From a virus (Duplodnaviria; Caudoviricetes), in the IMG/VR virus record IMGVR_UViG_2934470325_000001, positions 32,001-96,000 of that record: a DNA stretch of 64,000 bases; one strand, written 5' to 3'. Each line of letters starts with the position of its first letter. Position 1 is the stretch's first letter. The translations under genes and the position numbers were made by a program. Below the pieces are notes generated by a model, which worked only from the letters and a program-made list of their open reading frames with translations, had not been told where the DNA came from and searched no databases. Of the stretch, positions 53,448 to 62,652 are shown one piece after another.

Positions 53448-54293
53448 TCAGGCTGCGAGGCTGTAGGTGGGTAGCGGCCGGTGTGCCAGCTCGTTGACGT
53501 AGCTGCCGGACATGCGTAGGGCGCGTTGGATGGCGGCGAGGGTCATGCCGGCCTGCTGGCCCCGGTGTACGGCGTGGTGCCGCTCCAGGCGCGTCAGGTT
53601 GGCTGGCTCGCCGCTGAGGGCTCGGCGGATGGCCTCCCAGTCGACGATCCGGGCATCGCCGGCCGGGTCCGCGTCGTAGGGGGTGCCGTCTGGGTCGTCG
53701 AGGGCGGCGTCGTCCCACGCGAGAGGCGGTGCCCACCCGTTGCGGCGGCCGGTGTTGCGGGCACGCACGTTGGTACCGGGGGTGAGGGACCACCGGTCGT
53801 ACAGGTCGCAGACGGCACGATGCGTGTCGACGGTGACCATCTGCTGCTTCGCCCACGCCCACTCCCACACTGCCTGGAGTTGCTTGTCGAGTCCCCGGGC
53901 GACGGCGGTGAGGCTGTAGCCGGCGGCCACCAACGCGCGGATGCGGCGGGTGACGCCGACTGCGTGGACCATGCCGGCGGGCAGGGTGGCGGCAGGCTGC
54001 ACGGCGAGAACGAGAGCAGCAGTGGTGGCGCGGATGGTCTTGCGGCGTTCGTGAACGACCGAGTAGAGGGTGCGGGGAGCAACCCCGGCGGCTCTCGCGA
54101 CAGACGCGAGGGACATGCCGCTGTCGCGGAGCTGTTCGACGTGGGTGAGCACGTTCCCGACGGGTACCGGGTGCTGCCATTTGCCTTCGGCGATGAGGCG
54201 GCGTCGCCGCCGGTCGTAGTGGGAGTCGACGCGTTGGCAGCCTCGGCAGCCGGCGGTGTAGGTGCGGTGCTGTCCGCAGTTGAAGCCGGCCAT
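53448..54293 (-). CDS. Multi-HTH DNA-binding protein
   Basis: GMSLASVARAAGV, RRIRALVAAGYSL, GWAPPLAWDD..DDP, GMTLAAI motifs. Confidence 0.75.
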   Translation of the reverse strand: MAGFNCGQHRTYTAGCRGCQRVDSHYDRRRRRLIAEGKWQHPVPVGNVLTHVEQLRDSGMSLASVARAAGVAPRTLYSVVHERRKTIRATTAALVLAVQPAATLPAGMVHAVGVTRRIRALVAAGYSLTAVARGLDKQLQAVWEWAWAKQQMVTVDTHRAVCDLYDRWSLTPGTNVRARNTGRRNGWAPPLAWDDAALDDPDGTPYDADPAGDARIVDWEAIRRALSGEPANLTRLERHHAVHRGQQAGMTLAAIQRALRMSGSYVNELAHRPLPTYSLAA

Positions 54294-55432
54294 CAGCGGG
54301 AGACCCGGATCGGCATGATGAGGTACCGGTAGCCGGGGACGGGCTGCCCGTCGTCTCCGGCGGGGGTGATGACGGCCGGCTTGAACGCGTTCGTGGACGC
54401 GAAGTGGGCGTCACGGCTGCCGAGCTGCTGGAGTCCTTCGGTGAGGTACTGCGGGTTGAAGCCGATGGTGAGCGGGTCACCGGTGAACGTGGCCTCCATG
54501 GCCTCGGAGGCGCGGGCGTCTTCGGTGCCGCCAGCTTCCACGATGAGGCTGTCCGGGCTGAACGACAGCAGCACGGGGGTGGCGCGGTCGGCGACGAGGG
54601 CCACCCGCTTCACGACCTCAACCAGTGCGGCGACGGGGACGACTGCGGTGGCGGCGACCGCCTCCGGCTTCGGGAACAGCGACCGGACGGGCGGGTAGTT
54701 GGCCCCGTCGAGCAGCCGGGAGGTGGTGCGGCGGCCGTCCCGGGCGAAGCCGATCATCCCTTCGCCGGCGTTCTCCTGCGCCAACGCGATCGTGACCTCA
54801 CCGCCAAGCGGGCCGAGGGCCTTCGCCGTGTCATGGAGGGTGCGCGCGGGGACGAGGGCGTTGATGTTCACGTCGGGGTTGTCCGGCGTCCACCGCATCT
54901 CCCGCACGGCCAGCCGGTACCGGTCGGTGGCGAGCAGCGCCATCGTGTTGCCGGCGAGTTCGACGCGGACGCCGGTCATCATCGGCAGCGTCTCGTCCCG
55001 GCCGGCGGCCACGGCGACCTGGGCGACGGCGGTAGCGAACGCGGCGGCGTCCACCGTCCCCGCCGGTGCCGGCATCGCCGGTAGCGCCGGGTAGTCCTCC
55101 ACCGGCATCGTCGGCAGGGTGAACCGGGCCGAGCCGCACACCAACTCCAGGTGCGCGCCGACGCTGGCGAGGCTTACCGGCTTGTGCGGTAGCGCCTTGG
55201 TGATCTCGGCGAGCAGCCGGCCCGACACGAGCACGCCGCCGGGGTCGGTGACGGTGCCGCGAACGTGCACCTCGGTCGACACCTCGTAGTCGAACGAGCT
55301 GACAGTCACCCCGTTGTCGTCGGCGATCAGTCGTACCCCGGCGAGGACGGGCACGGACGGGCGGTTCGGTAGGGCCTTCGCGGCGTCGTGAACGGCGTCG
55401 GCGAACGCGCCGCGCTCAACGGTCAGCTTCAC
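54293..55432 (-). CDS. dnaN: DNA polymerase III beta sliding clamp (phage copy)
   Basis: RPSVPVLAGV, FDYEVS, LVSGRLLAEI, LPTMPVEDYP, ATDRYRLA, IGFNPQYL, YRYLIMPIR. Confidence 0.95.
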   Translation of the reverse strand: MKLTVERGAFADAVHDAAKALPNRPSVPVLAGVRLIADDNGVTVSSFDYEVSTEVHVRGTVTDPGGVLVSGRLLAEITKALPHKPVSLASVGAHLELVCGSARFTLPTMPVEDYPALPAMPAPAGTVDAAAFATAVAQVAVAAGRDETLPMMTGVRVELAGNTMALLATDRYRLAVREMRWTPDNPDVNINALVPARTLHDTAKALGPLGGEVTIALAQENAGEGMIGFARDGRRTTSRLLDGANYPPVRSLFPKPEAVAATAVVPVAALVEVVKRVALVADRATPVLLSFSPDSLIVEAGGTEDARASEAMEATFTGDPLTIGFNPQYLTEGLQQLGSRDAHFASTNAFKPAVITPAGDDGQPVPGYRYLIMPIRVSR

Positions 55433-56049
55433 GGGGCGACTCCTTCGCTAGTGGTGGTCGGGGTGGTGGGCCAGGTGCGCCAGCCGATGTGGCTGCGGGA
55501 TGCGACAGGGCCTCGCGGCTGCTGCTGGTAGTGGGACGCCAACCCATCCGACCCGTACGGGCGACTGGAGGCGCTGGTGAGCTGGAACAGGCAAAGCTGA
55601 CCGATGCGCATGCCCGGGTGCAGCAGGATCGGCCGGGGAGCGTGGTTGACCAGCTCCAACGTGATGTGCCCGGAGAAGCCGGGATCGATGAAACCGGCCG
55701 TGATGTGTGTTGCCAGCCCGAGACGGCCCATGCTGCTGCGGCCTTCCACGCGGGCGGCGAGGGTGGCGTCGAGGGTGATGTGCTCGACGGTGGAAGCCAG
55801 CACCATCTGGCCAGGCGCGATGAGCGCTCCCCTGTCGCTGATCTCGACGGGCATCATCGGGTTCTCGGCGGCCGGGTCGATGTAGTCGTCGACATACCAG
55901 ATGTCGGGGTGACGCTCTGGCCACATCAGCAGGTGCTGGTCGAGTCGCACGTCAATGGATGACGGCTGGATCAGGGACGGCTCGTGTGGGGTGATGCGGA
56001 GCCGGCCGGAGTCGATGGCGCTGGCAATGTCGGTGTCGGAGAGCAGCAT
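55429..56049 (-). CDS. dcd: dCTP deaminase
   Basis: MLLSD, IQPSSIDVRL, EGRSSMGRLGL, TAGFIDPGFSGHITLEL, PGMRIGQL. Confidence 0.95.
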   Translation of the reverse strand: MLLSDTDIASAIDSGRLRITPHEPSLIQPSSIDVRLDQHLLMWPERHPDIWYVDDYIDPAAENPMMPVEISDRGALIAPGQMVLASTVEHITLDATLAARVEGRSSMGRLGLATHITAGFIDPGFSGHITLELVNHAPRPILLHPGMRIGQLCLFQLTSASSRPYGSDGLASHYQQQPRGPVASRSHIGWRTWPTTPTTTSEGVAP

Positions 56050-56183
56050 CACGACTCCTCCGATCTGGTGGGGGTGGGCGTCTCGCTGGAGTCGCAGACG
56101 GGGCAGGTCTGCCCGTGGGCGGCGTGCCGGCGGCGGGCACTGTCGGTGCCGCACGGCAGGACGGCGTTGGGGTGCAGGCTCAC
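56049..56183 (-). CDS. 44-aa Zn-binding peptide
   Basis: PCGTDSARRRHAAHGQTCPVC; coupled at both ends; not in ORF track. Confidence 0.6.
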   Translation of the reverse strand: MSLHPNAVLPCGTDSARRRHAAHGQTCPVCDSSETPTPTRSEES

Positions 56184-56716
56184 GCGGCCACCGCCCCAAC
56201 CGGTCGAAGGCTCTCCACCCCGAGCCACAACCAGCCGCCCAACGGCCGGCAGTACCGCTGCACCGACCCGAACAACGGCACATGCGGGCTGCGCTCAAAC
56301 TCACCCAGCGCGTTCTCCGTCGTGCCCAGCAGCCGGGCGAGGCTGGCCTGTGTGTGTCCGCACGCCCGGCGTGCCGTCACCAGACCGGACATGAGGTGCT
56401 GCTGGTCCCAGACGGACGCCGCCGTGAACTCGGCGGGACGGAAGGCGAGCATCGCCGGGTCGTCGTACGGTCCGCCGGGTACACCGTCAGGGAACATGAC
56501 GATGCGTAGCCCGAGGTGGTGGGCAATGCGTCGGGCCGGGTTGATGCGCTGAAACTCGCCCAGCTCGTAGCGAGCTACAGCGGTTTGGGTGCATCCGAGG
56601 ATCGCGGCGAGTGACGCTTGGCTGTGCCCTGCCTCCTTTCGGGCTGTGATGAGGAGTGCCCGTAGGGCGAGGCGTGCTTCCCGGTCGTCGGGGTGCAGGT
56701 CGGTGGGGGCGCGCAT
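56180..56716 (-). CDS. Tandem XRE-HTH protein
   Basis: ARKEAGHSQASLAAILGCTQTAVARYE and ARRACGHTQASLARLLGTTENALGEFE. Confidence 0.8.
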   Translation of the reverse strand: MRAPTDLHPDDREARLALRALLITARKEAGHSQASLAAILGCTQTAVARYELGEFQRINPARRIAHHLGLRIVMFPDGVPGGPYDDPAMLAFRPAEFTAASVWDQQHLMSGLVTARRACGHTQASLARLLGTTENALGEFERSPHVPLFGSVQRYCRPLGGWLWLGVESLRPVGAVAA

Positions 56717-57036
56717 CAGGCGGCCTCGGCGTGGAACAGGGCGGCCGGGTGGGCGCGGTCGGGGCGCGGGGTGACCGCCTGCCACCGCCGGGCGGTCATG
56801 GTGGCGTGTACGTGGCTGCCGGCGAGGTCAACCATGCCGAGGTCGTCGGCGGCGTACACGAGGTCGTCGAGGCTGGCCCCGGTCATGGTGTCGATGTAGC
56901 CGTGGCGGGTGGTGTGGTGGACTCGGCCGGTGTCGGCGAGGTTGAGCAGGTGGTGCAGGTCGGTGTCGTTCATGGCGGTCCTGTCGGGGTGGGGGCCCGC
57001 CCCGGTGGTGGGGCGGGCCGTCGTACGGGAGGTCAT
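56716..57036 (-). CDS. Hypothetical protein
   Basis: Coupled at both ends; alternative start ATG 56973. Confidence 0.55.
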   Translation of the reverse strand: MTSRTTARPTTGAGPHPDRTAMNDTDLHHLLNLADTGRVHHTTRHGYIDTMTGASLDDLVYAADDLGMVDLAGSHVHATMTARRWQAVTPRPDRAHPAALFHAEAA

Positions 57037-57623
57037 GCGGCGTCGGCCCGCAGCACGCGGAGCCCGCCACGGCGCTTGACGGCGCGGCGCTCGTCCTCGG
57101 ACATGCCACCCCAAACGCCGTCGTCAACCCCACCGCTAAGCGCCCACTGCAAGCACTGGTCAACGACAGGGCAGCGGCGGCAGACGGCCTTGGCCTGCTC
57201 GATCTGAGTGAGAGCCGGGCCGGACGTGCCGACGGCAAAGAACAACTCCGGGTCCTCGTCGCGGCAGATGCCACGGCTGTGGAAGTCGTCTTCGGCGGCG
57301 GGCCGGCGGATGCTCACGACGACGCGGGGCTGTCCGGTCGGGTTGGCGGCAGGGGCCGTCGGGGCGGGCCGCACCGTCTCCGTGTTGCCGAGCGTGCCGC
57401 TGCCGCCCGGAGGGAGCCCCAGCATGTCCAGCACCTCAGCCCATGCGTGTGCGGCGGCGTGCTCGGCGTTGGGGTCGCCGTCGCGTGCCCCGAACTTGTC
57501 GGCGGCGATACCGGAGAGGACGTTGCGGGCGGCTTCCTGCTTGCGCTTCTGGTCGGCGGCGTCGGTGCCGGTGCCGCTGAGGCGGGTGGTGGCGAGCCCG
57601 CCGTCGATGCCGAGCGCGGCCAT
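57033..57623 (-). CDS. whiB: WhiB-family (WhiB1/WblE-like) Fe-S regulator with long N-terminal extension
   Basis: CRDEDPELFF..AKAVCRRCPV..QCLQWAL..GVWGGMSEDERR. Confidence 0.9.
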   Translation of the reverse strand: MAALGIDGGLATTRLSGTGTDAADQKRKQEAARNVLSGIAADKFGARDGDPNAEHAAAHAWAEVLDMLGLPPGGSGTLGNTETVRPAPTAPAANPTGQPRVVVSIRRPAAEDDFHSRGICRDEDPELFFAVGTSGPALTQIEQAKAVCRRCPVVDQCLQWALSGGVDDGVWGGMSEDERRAVKRRGGLRVLRADAA

Positions 57624-58003
57624 CAGGCGTCCCGGCCGTTGGCGAGGTGGAGCAGGTGATCGGCGTGGCACGGCTGGCCGTCCGGGCACCAGCACGCGAG
57701 GTCCCGACCCGCAAGGTCACGGCGCAACTCGGCGAGGGTGTCGGCGTCGTACTCGTAGTTGCCCATCGGGCCGGTGTGCAGAATGAACAGTTCGACGGCG
57801 CGGCGGCGACCCCACGTCGGGTCGGTGGACTGGCCGATGAACCGGTCGCCTTCCCACACCTCCGACTTGGTGGCGGTAGCGACGGCGGTGAACGGGTTAC
57901 CCCAGCGGGTGGGCCGTCCGACGTACTTTGCGTTCTCGGGCATCCGCCATCCGACGGAACGCTTGCGCTGGATGCGCTTCGGCAGGGTGGTCGCGGCGGT
58001 CAC
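57623..58003 (-). CDS. DUF4326 protein
   Basis: RIQRKR..GWRMP..YVGRPTRWGNPF...LAGRDLACWC...CHADHL. Confidence 0.85.
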   Translation of the reverse strand: MTAATTLPKRIQRKRSVGWRMPENAKYVGRPTRWGNPFTAVATATKSEVWEGDRFIGQSTDPTWGRRRAVELFILHTGPMGNYEYDADTLAELRRDLAGRDLACWCPDGQPCHADHLLHLANGRDA

Positions 58004-58962
58004 GCGGTCACCGCCACACGCTCGGCCGGGTACTCGCGGATCCGCAGATCAGCAGGCCAGTTGTCCCAGTTGCCGCCCTTCGGATCGGTACGGGCGACCG
58101 CCTGCCCACCCACATGCCAGTCCTGCGCCCACACCGAGCCGAGCTGCTTCACAAACACGGCCGTTCCTGCATTCTGAGCCTTGACGATCAGGTCGCGCAC
58201 CCAGCCGAGGTTGAGCGGCCTGGAGCCGGAGCCGGACTCGCCGCCGAGGATCAGCCAGTCGATGCCGGTCAGGTCGAGCGACGGGAGCGGACCGATCAGC
58301 GGCTCGGCGGAGATGAACCGGACGGCGGCGGGGGTGTTGCGGAGGGCGTCGGCGCGGCTGGCGTACTTGTCCAGCTCGATGGACGTGCCCAGCCACACGT
58401 TCGGCAGGGGCAGCAGTTCGTCTTTCCAACTCTCGGCGAGGCGGCCCGTCTTGGGCGTGAGGCCGGGCACGTACGTCGGGCTGTGCGAGGTCGCCGCCCA
58501 CTCCATCGACGACTTGAGGTGGACGCCGGGCCGGTGTCCACCGCCGCAGTCGCACAGGTCCGTCAGCATCCGAGCCATTCGCTCCGGCCGCTTGGTGAGG
58601 ATCTGGTAGGTGTGCTGCGGGGTGGCGGCCATGACGGCGAAGACGCGGGCGACGAACTCGCGGGGCACCCGGGCGTGGAACAGGTCCGACATCGAGTTGA
58701 CGAACACCGTTCGGGGCTTGCGCCAGGCGAGCGGCAGCCGCAGCGCGTCGGCGTGCACGGCCAGCCCGAAGCCGGGGCCGGAGGTGCGCGGGTCGCCGTC
58801 GGTCTGGTACTTCGCCGACCCCATGCCCTTGAGCCGCTTGGCGAGGGTGAGGGCGTAGCAGTTGTCGCAGCCGGCGGAGATCTTGTCGCATCCGGTAGTG
58901 GGATTCCAGACAGCGCCGGTGGTGCCGGGGCGCTGCGTCCACTCGATGTTGGTGTCAGCCAT
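58000..58962 (-). CDS. Phage Gp37/Gp68 (DUF5131) radical-SAM-like protein
   Basis: TNIEWT, WNPTTGCDKISAGCDNCYA, FVNSMSDLFH, LTKRP, SAEPL, GGESG, FVKQLG. Confidence 0.9.
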   Translation of the reverse strand: MADTNIEWTQRPGTTGAVWNPTTGCDKISAGCDNCYALTLAKRLKGMGSAKYQTDGDPRTSGPGFGLAVHADALRLPLAWRKPRTVFVNSMSDLFHARVPREFVARVFAVMAATPQHTYQILTKRPERMARMLTDLCDCGGGHRPGVHLKSSMEWAATSHSPTYVPGLTPKTGRLAESWKDELLPLPNVWLGTSIELDKYASRADALRNTPAAVRFISAEPLIGPLPSLDLTGIDWLILGGESGSGSRPLNLGWVRDLIVKAQNAGTAVFVKQLGSVWAQDWHVGGQAVARTDPKGGNWDNWPADLRIREYPAERVAVTA

Positions 58963-59158
58963 GGTGGGCCTCCTGCGGGGTGGTGTGGTTGAGGGTGGTG
59001 ATCTGGACGGCGACAGCGAGGGCAGCCGACAGATCCAAGGCGTCCAGCGGGTCGAAGCGGCGACCGTTGAGGTAGACCCAGCCGTCGGTGACGGTGACGG
59101 TGTCTCCGCGCTGGCCGACGAACGGCAGGCGTGTGCGGGTCAGAGTCCGCTCAGCCAC
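58955..59158 (-). CDS. Small hypothetical protein
   Basis: Overlaps neighbours by 8 nt at both ends. Confidence 0.55.
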   Translation of the reverse strand: MAERTLTRTRLPFVGQRGDTVTVTDGWVYLNGRRFDPLDALDLSAALAVAVQITTLNHTTPQEAHHG

Positions 59159-59663
59159 GCCGCACCGCAGACAGGTCAGTGATCGTCACCGTCAGGCCGC
59201 CGTACTTCGAGTCCAGCCGTCGGGCAGTCAGCAGATCCACACCGGCGATCACGTCACGCCACAGCGGGCCGATCGCCAGAGACGTGGACTCCAAGAACTC
59301 GGGGGTGTCGTTGGGAATCAACGTCCAGCCGGGGGCCGCCGCACCCTTCGGCTTCTTCGCAGTGGGTGCCTGCACGAACGGCGGCCCGAACGCGTCGATG
59401 ACGGGCTTGGCGGTGTCGGCGTAGTTGAGGGCGTCCCGGTGGTGGTTGGTTTGGAAGTGGAAGACAAATCCGAGGCGGATGCGGGCGAGGTTGCGGGGGA
59501 GCCGGTGGAGTTGCGCGGCTTCGTAGCCGGCTTTCCGCCATGCGGCGCGGTTGGCGGAGCTGGCGCGGGGGCCGTGCCGGTGGGAGTCGTTGGCGGACCA
59601 CAGGGCGACGGGGGCGGGGATGAGTAGCGTCCACGTGCGGACGTCGGTCGCGGTCATGGTCAT
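59151..59663 (-). CDS. RusA-like Holliday junction resolvase
   Basis: SAND, HRDALNY..TAKPVIDA, LIPNDT motifs. Confidence 0.65.
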   Translation of the reverse strand: MTMTATDVRTWTLLIPAPVALWSANDSHRHGPRASSANRAAWRKAGYEAAQLHRLPRNLARIRLGFVFHFQTNHHRDALNYADTAKPVIDAFGPPFVQAPTAKKPKGAAAPGWTLIPNDTPEFLESTSLAIGPLWRDVIAGVDLLTARRLDSKYGGLTVTITDLSAVRRG

Positions 59664-60160
59664 CGGGCCGCCGCCTCGGCCATCTCGTAGCGGACCCGCT
59701 CGACCGTGGAATCGGTCGGCGTCCACAACCCGAGGGCACCCCGGGCGGGAACCGGATTCCGCAACCGTCGCACGTTCGCCAACACCAGGTGCTTCGCCGT
59801 GCGGATCCCGTGGAGACGCTGCCCCCACGGTTCGCAGCAGGTGCCCGGCTCCCCGGTGAGGGTGGGGATGGTGTCGGCGTCGTGCACATCCACCAGGTCG
59901 GCGACCGCGATGATGACGCCGAGGGTGAAGTCGGCGGCTATGTAGTCGATGACCTTGTCGGTGAAGTCGGTGCGACCCCACAGGGCCTGGCGGACGAGGT
60001 TGTTGTTGCAGGCGGGCAGGTCGACCCGCTGGCTGGTGTGGATGAAGACCGGGCCTCGGTAGGCGGTACCGGACGCGCGATTCTCAACGGTCTTCGCGCC
60101 GGTGGCGATCGCCGATGCCCAGGGCTCGCGGATGGTGATGGCGCGGACGACGGCGGTCAT
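59660..60160 (-). CDS. ASCH domain protein
   Basis: AITIREPWASAIATGAKTVENR..YRGPVFIH...PVPARGALGLW. Confidence 0.88.
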   Translation of the reverse strand: MTAVVRAITIREPWASAIATGAKTVENRASGTAYRGPVFIHTSQRVDLPACNNNLVRQALWGRTDFTDKVIDYIAADFTLGVIIAVADLVDVHDADTIPTLTGEPGTCCEPWGQRLHGIRTAKHLVLANVRRLRNPVPARGALGLWTPTDSTVERVRYEMAEAAAR

Positions 60161-60414
60161 CGCGGGCTTCCCTTCAGGATTCGCCGCTGGGCGCGGTTCG
60201 TGTGGGTGACGGTTCCCCTCCGGGCCTGCCGGTTGGGCGGCTGCCCGTGGTCGAATCCAGCGGTGCAGTTGGTCGGGCCGTCGGCGTCCCAGGCGAGATG
60301 CTTGCGGGTGTCGCAGTGGTGTCCGTCGTGGCCGTTGCGGCGGGTGCACTCGGCGAGGGTGGGGAAGTCCTCGTCGTTGGAGGCGAGGCAGAAGACGGCG
60401 ATCGTGTCGGTCAT
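60157..60414 (-). CDS. Small Cys/His protein
   Basis: CTRRNGHDGHH; GGGAGG RBS. Confidence 0.6.
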   Translation of the reverse strand: MTDTIAVFCLASNDEDFPTLAECTRRNGHDGHHCDTRKHLAWDADGPTNCTAGFDHGQPPNRQARRGTVTHTNRAQRRILKGSPR

Positions 60415-60641
60415 CGGCCCGCCTCCCGAACGTCGAAGCGCAACACAACCTCGCCGTCGCCCGCGTACACCCGCAGCCAGCCACCGTCGTTCGGGGCCGC
60501 ATCCTCGGGCAGGCCGTGCACCCGCCGGTACGTGGCGAGCGCAGCAGCCCATGCCTTGTCGAACTCGTCGGCGACGCAGCCGTTGGGGACGGCCCATTCG
60601 TAGGTGCGGGTGGTGTACTCGCGGGCGTCGTAGATGGCCAT
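60411..60641 (-). CDS. Small hypothetical protein
   Basis: Coupled at both ends. Confidence 0.6.
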   Translation of the reverse strand: MAIYDAREYTTRTYEWAVPNGCVADEFDKAWAAALATYRRVHGLPEDAAPNDGGWLRVYAGDGEVVLRFDVREAGR

Positions 60642-60964
60642 CAGGCGTCCACCGCCGCCGGCTGTCCGGTCTCGTCCATGTACGCCTGAGCGAGGCTGCG
60701 CAGGGCGTTGCGGGCTGCCGCGCACTGCTCGTACAGGCGGTCACGCTGGGCGGCAACCTCGGCGACCTCGCCACCGAGAAACGCAACCACCTGGGCGGTG
60801 TCGGCGTCGTCGAGCACGACGGAAACGCCGTCGTTGCCGCCGGGTGGGGCGATCCACGCCGACAGGCTGCCGGTGTCGGTGCGCTCCACGTTGAGGGTCG
60901 CCCCGGCCTTGTCGGCGATGGTGAGGGCGGTGAACGTGTCACCGTTCACGAGGTGGGCGGTCAC
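60641..60964 (-). CDS. Hypothetical protein
   Basis: GGAGG RBS, GTGA overlap. Confidence 0.6.
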   Translation of the reverse strand: MTAHLVNGDTFTALTIADKAGATLNVERTDTGSLSAWIAPPGGNDGVSVVLDDADTAQVVAFLGGEVAEVAAQRDRLYEQCAAARNALRSLAQAYMDETGQPAAVDA

Positions 60965-61380
60965 GCCGCCACCTCCGCCCGGTAGACGCCGTCGGCCGGC
61001 ACGCCCTGCTTGATCTGCTCCCAGTCGACCGCCGGCATCCCGGCGCGCTCCGCAAGGCCAGTGGCGAAGATGCGGATCATCTCCGCCCGGCCGTTGTTCT
61101 TCGCGTAGTCGACGTCGCTGCCCGCCGCGCGTGCGGCCACGATCGCCTGCCGGTACTCGTCGGGGGCGAGCGCCAGCATGTGAAGCACCGCCGTCTCGAT
61201 CAAGGCGAGCCGGTCCCGGTCGGCGAGGATGCGCTGTGCGTTGCGGAGCGCGTTCTCGCCGTAGGTGGCACGCCACTGCTCCAGCTCGGCGCGCATCTCG
61301 TCCGCGTCGAAGTTGTGGAGTCCCTGCGCGGTGGGGTGGATGGTGCAGTCGCCGCCGTGGGTGCAGTTGCTGGTGGTCAC
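60961..61380 (-). CDS. Hypothetical protein
   Basis: CTHGGDCTIH..HNF; GTGA overlap. Confidence 0.6.
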   Translation of the reverse strand: MTTSNCTHGGDCTIHPTAQGLHNFDADEMRAELEQWRATYGENALRNAQRILADRDRLALIETAVLHMLALAPDEYRQAIVAARAAGSDVDYAKNNGRAEMIRIFATGLAERAGMPAVDWEQIKQGVPADGVYRAEVAA

Positions 61381-61742
61381 GCGGTCACCCCCGCCGCGTC
61401 GGACCCGGTGATCCGCGCCGCATCGTTGAACTCGGCAGCCCCACCAAACCGGACACCGATCCACTGGTCGTGCGTCGAACCGTCCTCGTACCGCTGGTCG
61501 AACAGGGCAACGAACCGGGCCCGATAGTCGTCGCCGTCGTCGCTGGTGTCCCATCCCTCCTTTGATCCGTCGGGCAGAAAGACGTACGACAGGTAGCCGT
61601 TCGTGATGGACCGCACCGGGCCGATGACAAGTGGCTGAAACTCGGGCGGCAGAGACGCCCGGAACGCGTCAATGTCGGGGAGCCCGCCGGGACGGCAGTC
61701 CGAGGTGGTGACGATGATGGCGTCGTGCGCGATGTAGCCCAT
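61377..61742 (-). CDS. Hypothetical phage protein
   Basis: MGYIAHDAIIVT...PDGSKEGWDTSD conserved-looking motif. Confidence 0.7.
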   Translation of the reverse strand: MGYIAHDAIIVTTSDCRPGGLPDIDAFRASLPPEFQPLVIGPVRSITNGYLSYVFLPDGSKEGWDTSDDGDDYRARFVALFDQRYEDGSTHDQWIGVRFGGAAEFNDAARITGSDAAGVTA

Positions 61743-61744
61743 GG

Positions 61745-62302
61745 TCAGATCGCCTCCTGGTAGGTGAGGTCACGGTTGGGGGTGTGGTTGTTGAATGCGC
61801 CGTCGACGGTGAGCAGCACCCAGCCGTGAGCGGCGTGAAGAACAGGCATCGCAGCCGGGTCGTCGGCCTGGCGGATCGCCCACCCGAACTCGCGAGCCTC
61901 CGCCCGGTGCCGCTCGACGTGGTGGTGGCAGCCGGTCGTTGCGGACCCGCACAGCACGATCAGGTTGTGGGCTTGGTTCGTGTCCGAGCGCGTGGTTCCG
62001 CCAGCGCCACGGGCACGCCGGTGCTGCACCGAGAAGTCCAGGCCGCGAACGCCGGTGAGGACGCCCCCGCAGCGCACGCACCGGCCGCCGTCCCGCTGCC
62101 ACGCCAGGGCGACCGTCGCCGCAGTCGGGCCGGTGTCGCCGGGCCGGCGCTTGGGTGCGGGTGCCGCCAGGCGCGGCGACATGCCACGCCCGACGGCGGC
62201 CCCGTTGGTGAGGGTTGAGAACGGGTTCGGGTTGCCCTGCTCGGCGAACGCGGCGCGGCGCTTAGCCGACATCCGGGCGATGGGGGTGCGGCGCTCCATC
62301 AC
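61745..62302 (-). CDS. HNH endonuclease-like protein
   Basis: RDGGRCVRCG..VQHRRARGAGG..NLIVLCGSATTGCHHHVE. Confidence 0.8.
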   Translation of the reverse strand: MMERRTPIARMSAKRRAAFAEQGNPNPFSTLTNGAAVGRGMSPRLAAPAPKRRPGDTGPTAATVALAWQRDGGRCVRCGGVLTGVRGLDFSVQHRRARGAGGTTRSDTNQAHNLIVLCGSATTGCHHHVERHRAEAREFGWAIRQADDPAAMPVLHAAHGWVLLTVDGAFNNHTPNRDLTYQEAI

Positions 62303-62652
62303 CGCTCCCCAACCCCAGCCACCGCGAACATCGCCCGCATCGACGCCCCCACCGACTGGAGCGCACGCAGCTCGTTCTCCAACGCCTTTGCCTGACGGTC
62401 CGCGTAGCGGTAGGCGGCGTCCGCGACATCCCGCGCCTCACGCTCGGCACCCGTCGCCAACTCCGCCGCGTACTTACGTTCGTGGGCAGCCCCTGGGTAC
62501 GCCATGTAGGCGCGGGCAAACGCGGCGTCGTAGGCGCGGTCAGCGGCGAGGAACAGCCGGTACCGCTCGTCGCACACAGCGACGCCCTTGCCGATCCGGT
62601 TGGACACCTCACGGATCGCGTCTTCCACAGCGACCGGGTTTACGACAGTCAC
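62299..62652 (-). CDS. Coiled-coil protein in recombination block
   Basis: Ala/Tyr-rich helices; GTGA overlaps. Confidence 0.65.
   Translation of the reverse strand: MTVVNPVAVEDAIREVSNRIGKGVAVCDERYRLFLAADRAYDAAFARAYMAYPGAAHERKYAAELATGAEREARDVADAAYRYADRQAKALENELRALQSVGASMRAMFAVAGVGER

Noticed and set aside
58000-58962. DUF5131 plus three-Cys-motif partner (TcmP) system
   Set aside because: No partner gene recognised next to it; appears as the common solo phage form.
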